From Chiloscyllium plagiosum (lineage: Eukaryota): DNA of 20,000 nucleotides. A model generated the notes under the pieces. It made no database searches, had not been told where the DNA came from, and worked only from the letters and a program-made list of their open reading frames with translations. Location: positions 103,439,205 to 103,459,204 of the forward strand of contig NC_057717.1 in the NCBI RefSeq assembly GCF_004010195.1. Direction: 5' to 3'. Positions 9,821 to 19,201 of this stretch are shown one piece after another (position 1 is the first letter of the stretch; each line of letters begins with the position of its first letter). A program made the translations under genes and the position numbers.

Positions 9821-10011
9821 CGCAGATCAATTCTGTGCAGCAGCATATAAAGAAACAAACCTTAGAGTTTGACTCTAGCCAGCAAACCAACCCAAGGCAT
9901 TTCTTACTTGTACAAGACTATATTTATATATATTTGAGGTACCAGGAGGGTCCAATAACTGGACCCCCATTTACCTTCAGCAGAAAGATCTCAGATGATG
10001 ATCTTTCTCCA

Positions 10012-10175
10012 GGCTAGTTTGCAAAGATATCAACAGCATGAGTTCAATTCCTACACCAGCTGAGGCTACCATGATGGTCCCTCCTTTGAACCTCACCTGA
10101 GGCTTAGTGACCCTCAGGTTAAGCCATCTTTTTTTTCTATGGAGAGAGTAGCCCGATGTTGACTTCATCTTTAAC
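10012..10175 (+). mobile_element. SINE family S2 fragment
   Basis: GAGTTCAATTCCTACACCAGCTGAGGCTACCATGA...GTGACCCTCAGGTTAA matches 12683-12845. Confidence 0.65.
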
Positions 10176-10637
10176 TCTACATCGTTCTCTTTGCTGCATC
10201 TCCCCAACAACTTCCTAGGTTTCTTTCAGAGAGCAGTTAATTTATTTTAGCTCCACAAATGATCAATGGTGCAATGCTGGTAATGGGATAATCGATTGCT
10301 GCTCCCTCTCTCCTGACTGTCACTTATTAAACACCTGAACAAAAGGGGGAATTCTCCCCAAGAAGAACACAAAACCAAAACTCCATTGTATCGATTGCAC
10401 GTATTCCACTCTGCGCATCAGGTTCTGTCAACAGTGTGAGGAAATCTTCCAGATTTATACACAGTTAATCTTCATCAGACTGGAACCAGCAAATACTTCA
10501 CAGTGAAATGGTTTCCAACACCAAAGGTCCAACAATAAAAAAAAATAAATCGGTTTCGAACAAGTGTGCATGAAATCTAATTCAAACTGTGATACAGTGG
10601 CAGTGTTCCTACTCTGGACTAGAGACAATCTGCCTCT

Positions 10638-10732
10638 ATTCCTGATGAAGGGCTTTTGCCCAAAACATTGATTTTCCTTCTCCTTGGATGCTGCCTGAAC
10701 TGCTGTGCTTTTCCAGCACCACTCTGATCTAG
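10638..10732. mobile_element. Family H1 copy (inverted) with a decayed hammerhead motif on the + strand
   Basis: ATTCCTGATGAAGGGCTTTTGCCCAAAACATTG followed by GGATGCTGCCTGAACTGCTGTGCTTTTCCAGCAC. Confidence 0.8.
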
Positions 10733-10754
10733 AACCTAGAGACACTTGAGTTGA

Positions 10755-11088
10755 GCGGCACGGTGACTCAGTGGTTAGCACTGCTACCTCCATCACCAGG
10801 GGCGAGGGTTCGATTCCAACCTCTGTGTGGAGTTTGCACATTCTCCCCATGTCTGTGTGGGTTTCCTTTGGGTGCTCTAGTTTCTCCCCACAGTCTGAAG
10901 ATGTGCAGGTTAGGTGGATCGGCTGTGCTAAATTGCCTGTAGTGTCCAGGGATGTGAAGGCTAGGTAGGTTAGCCATGGGAATGCAGGGTTACAAGGATA
11001 GAGTGGCGGAAGTGGTTCTAGGTGGGATTCTCTTCAAAGGGTTGGTATGAGCTGAATGGCTTGCTTCCACACTGTAGGGATTCTATGA
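10755..11088 (+). mobile_element. HE1-type V-SINE (tRNA head, V domain, CR1-like tail)
   Basis: A box TGACTCAGTGG, B box GGTTCGATTCC, V-domain TGTGTGGAGTTTGCACATTCTCCCC..GTCTG.GTGGGTTTCC, and tail CCACACTGTAGGGATTCTATGA. Confidence 0.85.
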
Positions 11089-11295
11089 AATGCCACTTGC
11101 TTCAGGGTATATAATAATATTGCTGAAGAGGTTGAGCATAAGAATGTTTCAAACGTCAGTTATAGGTATCAAGAAGACAAAGCATAATGTTCTCTCACAC
11201 TTAGTCTGACAACACATTTGATTTGCTTAAGTAACCAGCTTTCTCCAAATCTTTGTTTACAACAAAAATACAATTGAGCTCCATAATGTAAAGTA

Positions 11296-11522
11296 AAGAG
11301 AGAAATTGCTGGTGAAACTGAGTATATCTGGCAGCATCTGTGGAGAGGGAAACAGAGTTAACGTTTCTGAAGAAGAATTGTTTTGGACTCAACTGTTTCT
11401 TTTTCCACAGATGAAAAAGAAACAGTTGAGTCCAAAACAATTCTTCTTCAGAAACGTTAACTCTGTTTCCCTCTCCACAGATGCTGCCAGACCAGCAGAG
11501 TTTCTCCAGCACTTTCTGCTTT
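11296..11522. repeat. Family H2 fold-back element containing a perfect 79-bp inverted repeat (11327-11405 / 11413-11491, loop CACAGAT)
   Basis: Checked base by base: the arms are exact reverse complements. The outer flanks pair only imperfectly. Confidence 0.95.
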
Positions 11523-11845
11523 TAGATTTAGATTTAGATTAGATTAGATTACAGTGTGGAAACAGGCCCTTCGGCCCAACAAGTCCACACCGACCCACCG
11601 AAGCGCAACCCACCCATACCCCTACATTTACCCCTTACCTAACACTATGGGCAATTTAACATGGCCAATTCACCTGACCTGCACATCTTTGGACTGTAGG
11701 AGGAAACCGGAGCACCCGGAGGAAACCCACGCAGACACGGGGAGAATGTGCAAACTCCACACAATCAGTCGCCTGAGGCGGGAATTGAACCCAGGTCTCT
11801 GGCGCTGTGAGGCAGCAGTCTAACCACTGTGCCACCGTGCCGCCC
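11523..11845 (-). mobile_element. Full-length, young HE1-type V-SINE with a (TAATC)n tail
   Basis: The minus strand starts GGGCGGCACGGTGGCACAGTGGTTAG, has B box GGTTCAATTCCC and the V domain, and keeps many CpGs. The tail appears as TAGATTTAGATTTAGATTAGATTAGATTA on +. Confidence 0.9.
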
Positions 11846-11929
11846 GCTGCAATGAGCTTCTATATTGTGCAAATACTGATTGACATAAATGTCCTGTTAT
11901 TTCTTTCTAAATAGTGGACTCTAGCATTT

Positions 11930-12560
11930 CTGTCTCCCTCTCTCCTAGGATTGGTGGTTTTCCAATATGTTGGAATCTACTGAATTACGGGATATTTTAG
12001 CTAATATCTTCGCTATCTCTGCAGCCATTTCCTTTAAATCTCTTGGATGCCAGCCATCAGGCTTCTAGTGACCTGTCTGCCTTCAGTCCCATTAGCTTGT
12101 CAAATACTTTGCATCTCCTGAGGGAGACTATCACAAAACCTTTCTTCCCATCAGAACCTTGCTTATCTGATATCTTTGGGATGTTTACAAGGTCCTTCAA
12201 TGTGAAAATTAATGCAATATACTGGATTAGATTATCTGCCAATTCACCATTCCCCATTATTAATTCCTAAGTTTCAACCTCCAAAACTCCCACATTCACT
12301 TTAGCTACTCTCTTCCTTTTTAAGCCTCTGTAGGACTTCTTGCCATTTGCTTTTACATTTCTTACCAATTCACTTTCAAAATCAATTTTCTCCTTCTTTG
12401 TAAGCTTTTCAGTCATCTGCTACTGATTCCTAAAAGATCCCAACCAATAATTTTCACCACTTTGTATGTTTTTGATTGATTACTGTCCTTGACCACCTTT
12501 GTTAACCAAGAGTGGTCTGTACTCCTCAACGAATCTTTTGTCTGGAATAAATCTTCACTG
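11930..12560 (-). mobile_element. Old CR1-like ORF2 internal fragment (tether / RT N-terminus)
   Basis: Minus strand: ELADNLIQY...KVFDKLMGLKADRSLEA..DGWHPRDLKEMAAEIA, matching the CR1 SPGPDG.HPR.LKE motif. Confidence 0.75.
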
Positions 12561-12682
12561 AGTGTTGTGAAGTTTCTGACACAATTTCAAGGAAGTGCAG
12601 TGACCTTCTCCCTGTTATCTCTCAATCAACATCACAAAAACACTCCAACTTGGGCCTTGCCATATTGTGGCAATAATGGCTC

Positions 12683-12845
12683 AGTTAGCTCAGTTGACTG
12701 GATGATCAGGTTGCCACAAAGGGTGACACCAACATTATGGGTTCAATTCCCACACTGGCTGAGGTTACCATGATGGACATTTCTTCCCATACCTCTTCTC
12801 CCTTTACTGGAGGCTGGTGACCCTCAGGTCAAATCACCCCCAGTT
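12683..12845 (+). mobile_element. SINE family S2
   Basis: GTTAGCTCAGTTG (A box) and GGGTTCAATTCCC (B box), followed by GGCTGAGGTTACCATGA. Confidence 0.7.
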
Positions 12846-12848
12846 GAG

Positions 12849-13710
12849 ACCATAAGACATAGGAACAGAGCAGATAGGTTTCTCAACCCCATCTCCCACT
12901 TTCTCCCTGTAAATCTTGATACTCAGGAACCTATCTATCTCAGTCTGAAATATACTCAGTGACCTGGCCTCCACAGCCTTCTGTGGCAATGAATTCCATA
13001 GATTCCCCACTCCCTGGCTGAAGAGGTTTCGCCTTGTGCCCATTCTAAAAGGTCTTCCCCTTTACTCTAAGGTTGTACCCACAGGTCCTAGTCTCTCATA
13101 TCAATACAAACATCTTCAGATTTCCCACAGTGTGGAAACAGGCCCTTTCACCCAACCAGTCCAAAACAACCTTCCGAAGAGTAACCCACCTAGACCCATT
13201 TCCCTCTGACTAACGCACCTAACGGTATGGGTGATTTAGCATGGCCAATTCACCTGACCTGCACATCTTTGAACAGAGCACCCAGAGGAAACCCATGCAA
13301 TGTGCAAACTCCACATAGACAGTAACCTGAGGCTGGAATTGAACCTGGGACCCGGGTGCTGTGAGGCAGCAGTGCTAACCACTGAGCCACGTGCCACCCT
13401 AACATCCTTCCCAACATCCACACTGTCCAGGCCATTTAGAATTTGGTGTGTTTCAATTAGGTCTCCCGCACCCCCCCATCCTTCTCAACTCCGTCGAGTA
13501 TAAGCCCAAAGTCCTCAAACGTTCCTCATATGTTAAGCTTTTCATTCCTGGGACCGTTCTTGTGAATCTCCTCGGAACACGATCCAGGGCCAGTACGTCC
13601 CTCCTGAGACATGGGGCCCAAAGCCTTATGGGGCTTCAGAAGGTACATCCCTGCTTTCATATTCCAGTCCTCTCAAAATAGGTGCCACCATTGCATTTGC
13701 TTTCCTGACT
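12849..13710 (-). mobile_element. CR1 3' fragment interrupted by a V-SINE
   Basis: Minus strand RRNLFSQGVGNLWNSLPQKAVEARSLSIFQTEIDRFL, with a tail seen as CCATAAGACATAGGA on +. Upstream of the SINE (13400-13710) it reads RRDVLALDRVPRRFTRTVPGMKSLTYEERLRTLGLYS. Confidence 0.85.
13118..13399 (-). mobile_element. HE1-type V-SINE with an imperfect TSD
   Basis: Head GGGTGGCACGTGGCTCAGTGGTTAGCAC and B box GGTTCAATTCC. Flanked by AACATCTTC (13109-13117) and AACATCCTTC (13401-13410). Confidence 0.85.
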
Positions 13711-13744
13711 AGGTGCCTCTCTAATGCGAGTGCAGGACTACAGT

Positions 13745-13860
13745 GACTTTGCTGTCACATTGTAAGTGCATGCTGTGCACATTTCCTACATTACAGCAGT
13801 GCCATACTTCGAGAAAAGCCTGTCAAGTGCTATGGAAGGTGCTATAGAAGTGCAAATCTC
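13745..13860 (+). mobile_element. Deu-domain SINE 3' remnant
   Basis: TTTCCTACATTACAGCAGTG..ACTTC and GAAGGTGCTATAGAAGTGCAA resemble the DeuSINE/AmnSINE1-type 3' part. Confidence 0.5.
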
Positions 13861-13869
13861 CTCTTGTTT

Positions 13870-13970
13870 GGAACATAGAACAGTACAGCACAGGAACGGA
13901 CCCTTCCGCCCACAACGTTGTGCTGAACTTAACGCCAAACTCATCCCTTCTGCCTGCCCTTGGTTCATAT
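13870..13970 (-). mobile_element. CR1 3' tail remnant
   Basis: GAACATAGAACAGTACAGCACAGGAACGGACCCTTCCGCCCACAACGTTG is similar to 695-745. Confidence 0.7.
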
Positions 13971-14694
13971 CTTTGGCTGTCAAAGATTTCAAGGTGGAAT
14001 TTCTCTGGCCAAAGAAATTTAAATATTCGAGCGATTTTGTCCTTGGGGTGTGGAACAGACCTCGGAGAGTTCGCTCACGATGCAGATGTCAATGGGAATC
14101 GAGTGCGGAACCAGAAACAAACTGGCTGGCAGCCCAGTCGATTTTCAGGATAATAATAGCACTGCCCAGCAACACCAAGTTCAGCTGATTTCCTGCAGCC
14201 AATGGGGGTGGCTCCGTTGTGAGTTATTAGCATCTAATGATCAAGCATTATTTATCAGCATCAATTATCAGCTAATCTGCCGCAGCCTGGAATACTCCAG
14301 ATCACTAATGTATTCATAACAGCTGCAGTTCTTCAAGATAAAGACAAAGGGAAATCATCCTCAATTCTGCTCCAGCCAAACTGGACAATTCACTCAAACT
14401 AATCTCCGCAAAATGTTCTCAAAAGAATCAGGGACGACTTTGAGAGGAAAGATACAAAGTGTAGACTCATGTTGGTCAACACAAGCCATTTCCTCCACTA
14501 ACAGGCCGGATTTACACATGTTTATTCCATTGATTAACGTGTAAAACAGTCACACATTTGCAACACGCTAATGAGACCTTTGGGCATTATAATGCAATTG
14601 TGACTCTGGCCAGATATGTTTCACCGCGCAAGGCCACCCCGCTGCTGTGGGATAAGGCTCCTTCTCTTACGAAGTGTGGTCTCAGCCGGGATGG

Positions 14695-14870
14695 ACGGAA
14701 TGCAACAGCTCACTTATGCACAGCAAGATCCCAGAAGCAGCAATGTGACAATGATCAGGCAATCTGTTTTTGACAGTGGCGTACACAACATTGGCCCAGG
14801 CAGAGGTGCCTTGCACTCCTTCAGATAGTGATGTGGGACCTTACCCCGGGTTTAATTGGGCGTCTTAACC
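14695..14870 (-). mobile_element. Deu-domain SINE remnant
   Basis: The minus strand reads CAAAAACAGATTGCCTGATCATTGTCACATTGCTGCTTCTGGGATCTTGCTGTGCA, the Deu core as I recall it. Confidence 0.6.
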
Positions 14871-14949
14871 CATCGCCTTCCTCTCTCAGGTTAGCTCAGT
14901 TGGGCTGGTTAGTGATACCAACAGGATGGGTTCAATCCCCACACCATAT

Positions 14950-15105
14950 TTTGTTCCCTCTGGAGTGTCGGAGGCTGAGGGGTGACCTTATAAAGGTTTA
15001 TAAAATCATGAGGGGCATGGTTAGGGTGAATTTCTCAGGTTAGGGGGCTCCAAAACCAAAGGGTATAGGTTTAAGGTGAGAGGGGAAAGATTTAAAAAGG
15101 CAACT
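14950..15105 (+). mobile_element. CR1 ORF2 C-terminal fragment
   Basis: LFPLECRRLRGDLIKVYKIMRGM...GYRFKVRGERFKK. Confidence 0.85.
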
Positions 15106-15256
15106 TAGAAATGTATAGGATGGAAATGGACCCTTTCGTCCAACTCGTCCATGCCAACCAGATATCCTAAATTAATCTAGTGACCCATTTGCCAGCATTT
15201 GGCCCATATCCCTCTAGACCATTCCTATTCATATACCCATCCAGGTGCCTTTTAAA

Positions 15257-15384
15257 AAAATCACACAACACCAGGTTACAGTCCAACAGGTTTATTTGGA
15301 AGCACTAGCTTTCAGAGCGCTGCTCCTTCATCAGGTGCACTATAACTGCGTTGAGTGATTTTTAAGACTGGCTCTTCCACATCA
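15257..15384. mobile_element. Short repeat family H3 insertion with an 11-bp TSD (1 mismatch)
   Basis: TGCCTTTTAAA at 15246-15256 and TGTCTTTTAAA at 15385-15395. The body matches 9246-9327 and is followed by a short inverted remnant. Confidence 0.85.
15301..15340 (-). ncRNA. Candidate minimal type I hammerhead ribozyme (family H3), intact core
   Basis: The minus strand reads GCAC-CUGAUGA-A-GGAGC-AGC-GCUCU-GAAA-GCUA-GUGC: 4-bp stem I, 5-bp stem II, palindromic AGCU stem III and a CUA cleavage triplet. Confidence 0.7.
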
Positions 15385-16082
15385 TGTCTTTTAAATGCTT
15401 TAATTGTACCAGCCTTCACCACTTCTCTGGCAGCTCATTCCACACACGCACCACCCTCTGCATGAAAAAGTTGCCCCTTAGATCCCTTTTGTATCTTTCT
15501 CCTCTCACCTTAAACCTATGCCCTCTCGTTCTGAACTCCCCCACTCCAGGGAAAAGACATTGTCTGTTTACCCTATCCATGACACTCATGATTTTATCCA
15601 TACCCTTCATGTTTTTGTAAAAGGAACTCCAAAAGCATGTTGTATAAAGGCAGCGGAATAAAGTTTAAAATCCTTTGACCGACCATCTCCTGAAATTTAA
15701 CCTAATTTCCCATGATATTCCAAGTGCCATGCCGCGGAGTGTTAATTAAGGTCAGGACAATGTCTCCACAGAATAGTCTAGCAGAGGGATTATGCAACCA
15801 TGAAATGACCGATGAGAGGATCTTCGATTCATCGAGTAAAGAAAGAACAAACAGTCAGTTAAATCAATAAATGAGAGTATCTCAAAGGACCTCAATTCGC
15901 AGCCGGAGAACTGTCTTTGAAGAGTAGCCCTTGTCATTTAGTTGGCCAACATTCACACAGCACAGTCTCACAAAGAGAAAGAAAACTGAATGGTCAGCCC
16001 GTCAACTCTGACAGATCTATTTAGCTTCGAATACAAGATGTCATTGTTGAGCTGCACTGAGCCTGAGTTGGACCAGAGGAAG

Positions 16083-16290
16083 GAGTCAAAAGGTGTGACT
16101 CTGGAAAAGCACAGCCGGTCAGGCAGCATCCGAGGAGCAGGAGAGTTGACGTTTTGAGGATAGGTTTTTCGGCTTATGTGTGAAACATCAATTCTCCTAC
16201 TCTTCAGCCGCTCCCTGACCTGCTGCGCTTTTCCAGCGGCACATTTTTTTTGACTCTGACTCTCTAGCATTTGCAGCCCTCACTTTCTCC
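16083..16290. mobile_element. Family H1 fold-back pair (diverged inverted copies)
   Basis: CTGGAAAAGCACAGCCGGTCAGG (16101-) pairs with CCTGACCTGCTGCGCTTTTCCAG (16214-). The pair ends CACTTTCTCC. Confidence 0.8.
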
Positions 16291-16292
16291 CA

Positions 16293-16378
16293 GGCCTGAG
16301 GAAGGGTTATACCGAAACATTGACTTCTCCTCCTCCTGATGCTGCCTGTGTTCTTCCAGTCTCCTGCTCGTCTACCTG
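16293..16378 (+). mobile_element. H1-related short repeat beginning with a hammerhead-like motif
   Basis: CCTGAGGAAGGGTTATACCGAAACATTGAC followed by CTCCTCCTCCTGATGCTGCCTG. Confidence 0.55.
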
Positions 16379-16479
16379 GGGTAGCTCTGAGCTGTTCTGG
16401 GCATTGTGCTTTAGCAGTGACAAATTTGCCTTGGCTAATTCAAGAGAGTAAATGTCAGACTTCTCATGCATTTAAAGTG

Positions 16480-16850
16480 AGGAGAGACTGCACAATAAAG
16501 GGCTGTATTTCACCAAATTTAGATGGTTCAAGGGGCTACATGATTAAAACCCATCAAGATATTAAGGGGGAATTGATAGGGTAGAGGAAATGAAATTACT
16601 TCTGCTGGTTGGTGAATTGAGACATGGGGATATGGCTGAAACTTTAGAGTGATGTAAGGAAGTTTTTTGAGACACACGGGAACAGAGTGGACTTGTCTCC
16701 CACAGATTGTTAATTGCATTAAATTGTTAACTTTAAATCAAAGGTTGATAGGTTTCTTAAGGGATATGGAGCAATGACAGGTATTTGGAGATAGATCACA
16801 GATCCCATTGAATGGTGGAACAAGGGGCTGAATGGCCTGATGCTATGTTC
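16480..16850 (+). mobile_element. Old CR1-like 3' fragment
   Basis: AGATGGTTCAAGGGGCTACATGATTAAA..AAGATATTAAGGGG (RLRGDLI..KI-like) and the tail GGGGCTGAATGGCCT. Confidence 0.65.
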
Positions 16851-17284
16851 CAGTGAACAGGTCACCTAGCATGTGGTAAGATAAATCTCCATCACTGCTC
16901 ATGGTGCTGTCTGAGCTGTCCAACAAGTTACTGTCATCATCCTCTTTCTTAATAAGGGAGCTACAAGACTTGATGGGCCGAATGGGGCAGAGGAAATACA
17001 GTCTAATGGGAATGAGACTCTTTTCATCAATAAAGTGTGGTTTATTGCAGATAACGGTCAGGTATGAATTATATTGGCATCGTGGTCATCATTACGGAGA
17101 CTCTGGGGGAAGACCCAGATGGTCGGGCTTACTCCTTTGGGATCCTAAATTGTCCTTTCTCCCTGCAAGTCTCTATGGCATCTTCCCATTACATGGTGTT
17201 TAAGGTACTCCTCAGCATTAACCCCTTTCAGACTCTTACACATCAAAGAGGACAACTGAAACCCCACTCCTTTTTGAAGTATAT

Positions 17285-17890
17285 GAACATGGGAAGGAAG
17301 ATAAGGAATGGGAAAAACCATTTCGCCTCTCAAGATGGTTCCACCGTCCAATTAGATCTCAATCTCTCTGCCCTGGCTCCAGCACACCTAACACCATCGC
17401 CCAATAAAAATCGGTCAATCTTCCTCTCAAACTTCCAATCAATGCACACTATCAACAGCTTTTGTTTTGTGGGGAGAGAGATGTTCAGATTCCTAATCTC
17501 CTTTTGTGCTTCCTGACACCCTCCCTAAATGAGATTCTGCCCCCATTATTCTGAACATTCCTCACAGCCCCCAAACCCCAGTGGAAATATTTTTTCTTTA
17601 TTGACCTTATGGAATCCGTTGACCCTCTTCAATGAGATCATCCCTTAATTCCCCATGCTTCAGGGAAGGTCAAACTGCTCCATGAGTTGTTTTAGTCCTG
17701 GTATCATTCTAAAGGGCATCTTCACTACCATTATGACCTTCCTGAGGTATAGTGCTCAGAATAGAAACCATACTCTCAATGGGCGACCATATCCAGAGTG
17801 TTATGTAAATGGTTGCTCCCTTGTTTTGACTCTTTCAGGGAAACATTTATTTAATCCTTTTGAACACTTCAATGAGATCAGCCTTTAATC
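17285..17890 (-). mobile_element. Very diverged CR1-like 3' fragment
   Basis: A tail-like GAACATGGGAAG...AGGAATGGGAAAAACCATTTCGCCTCTCAAG on +, with degenerate WN.LP and EID.FL-type blocks on the minus strand. Confidence 0.45.
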
Positions 17891-17917
17891 CACATTAAAG
17901 CCTTTTTGCATTCCACT

Positions 17918-18070
17918 CGTGGACAGATGGGTCTCCTATTTAAAATCTCATTCAAACGACGACACCTCCAACAGTGCCAGAGCCCTTCAGTGCTACACTG
18001 CAATGTTAACCCAGAGTTGTGAAGTTTGAACCATGACCCTGTTGACTGCAATGCACAGATGGACAGCTAA
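17918..18070 (-). mobile_element. Deu-domain-like SINE 5' remnant
   Basis: The minus strand has GGTTCAAAC (B box) and CACTGAAGGGCTCTGGCACTGTTGGAGGTGTCGTCGTTTGAATGAGA. Confidence 0.5.
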
Positions 18071-18637
18071 GCAAGTGCCAATTTCCCTTGCCAAGGGGTT
18101 AACAGTAAGTGCCTACTCCATTCACATCTCTCAGAGCAATTCGTATTCTCCTAGAAACTAACAAGTGAAATGAAGATGGAAAAGGTGCCTTGGGTTTAAG
18201 TCAGACACTATTCGAAGTATTCCTGTTCATTGTCATTGGAGGAACAAAGATTATGTTACTGGAATGATAAATGGTTTCTTTATGTGCTCACTAACAAGAC
18301 ATCTGGGATTCCGAGTGAGCCGTGTGTGTTCATTCTGTATCAGACGTTCACTGCTTCTGAAATTAATTCCAACTGTGGGAGCCCTGCCACATTTCAACTC
18401 CCTCAAGTTATCTTTGATCATTTAATGAGAGCCACTGAATTAACTGAGGGGAAAGGAATGGGGATCGAAAATTGATGCAAGTGTGGAGTGCAAAACAGCC
18501 TAAACATTTAGTTGTGTTTCAATGTCACGCACACAGAACAGCTGTCAGTTTATCTATTTTCTTTGGTCACAACTAGAAGGAGTTCTGAGGGTCTTTTTGT
18601 TTTTATTTTCAGTGCGTGTTCAATCAGACTGCACGCT

Positions 18638-18987
18638 TTCATGGATGGCCTCTGACAAGATCAATGTTTGCTACCCATCCTTATTTGCCCTTGAGTGGAG
18701 TGGTCGGTTAAGCCATTGGCGAGGTTAAGAGGCTGTGGGGTTGGAGTCACATCTAGGCCAAAATGGCAGATTTCCTTCCCTGAAAGAACATGAGTAAATC
18801 AGATGGGTTTTTACAACAATCAATGGTTGTTGGCATGATCACCATCACCAAAGCTAAATTTATCTTCTAGAGTTATGAACTGTTTTAGATTCCACCAGCC
18901 GCCCTCATGGGATTTGAACCCTTAACCCCAAACAGTTAGTCTAAGCCTCTGGATTGACAGCCTACTGGCTTTGTCACTACCTCACCA
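18638..18987 (-). mobile_element. tRNA-derived SINE, family S3, with a LINE-derived tail
   Basis: Minus-strand head GGTGAGGTAGTGAC and B box GGGTTCAAATCCC. The core GGGAAGGAAATCTGCCAT is shared with 19202-19441, and the tail resembles the 3' end at 2110-2150 / 4420-4485. Confidence 0.65.
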
Positions 18988-19201
18988 TATTGTACTGCAA
19001 AGACACAAGAGTGATTTATAGAGAGCACCCTTTGGCTCCAATGTTAATCTAGTAGAACAAGAGTCCACAATTCTGCCACATCCAACAGCATAGTCACCCT
19101 ATCAGCCCCGGTTAAACAATCATATTTTTCACTACCGATGGTTGCACGGTGTACCATCTATAGCATCTGACCAAAATTCCATTGACAGCATTTTCCAAAG
19201 T

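Larger units (their letters stand above)
9177..10010 (-). mobile_element. Probable L1/Tx1-like LINE 3' end acting as host for two nested insertions (9241-9448, 9472-9820)
   Basis: The minus strand ends in an A-rich tail (ATGAGTAAAGTATATATTTGAAATAAAAAGAAA). The 9960-10010 segment resembles the Tx1-type ORF2 terminus and 3' UTR start as I recall them. Confidence 0.45.
15106..15600 (-). mobile_element. CR1 3' fragment interrupted by an H3 repeat
   Basis: MDRVNRQCLFPGVGEFRTRGHRFKVRGERYKRDLRGNFFMQRVVRVWNELPE, with the 3' UTR running toward 15106. Confidence 0.9.

Noticed and set aside
10755..10825. tRNA genes (here and at 11770-11845, 13325-13399)
   Set aside because: The A and B boxes belong to SINE heads that continue into a V domain and LINE-like tail; there is no complete cloverleaf.
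11201..11542. Mirror-image ORFs on both strands
   Set aside because: They are a by-product of the perfect inverted repeat.
13766..14319. Overlapping ORFs (140, 77 and 89 aa) as a host exon
   Set aside because: No recognisable domain. The two upstream ORFs begin within SINE/CR1 remnants, and I saw no convincing splice-site pair.
16901..17516. Plus-strand ORFs of 100 and 150 aa
   Set aside because: No recognisable protein features, and the 3' part runs antisense through an old CR1 tail.
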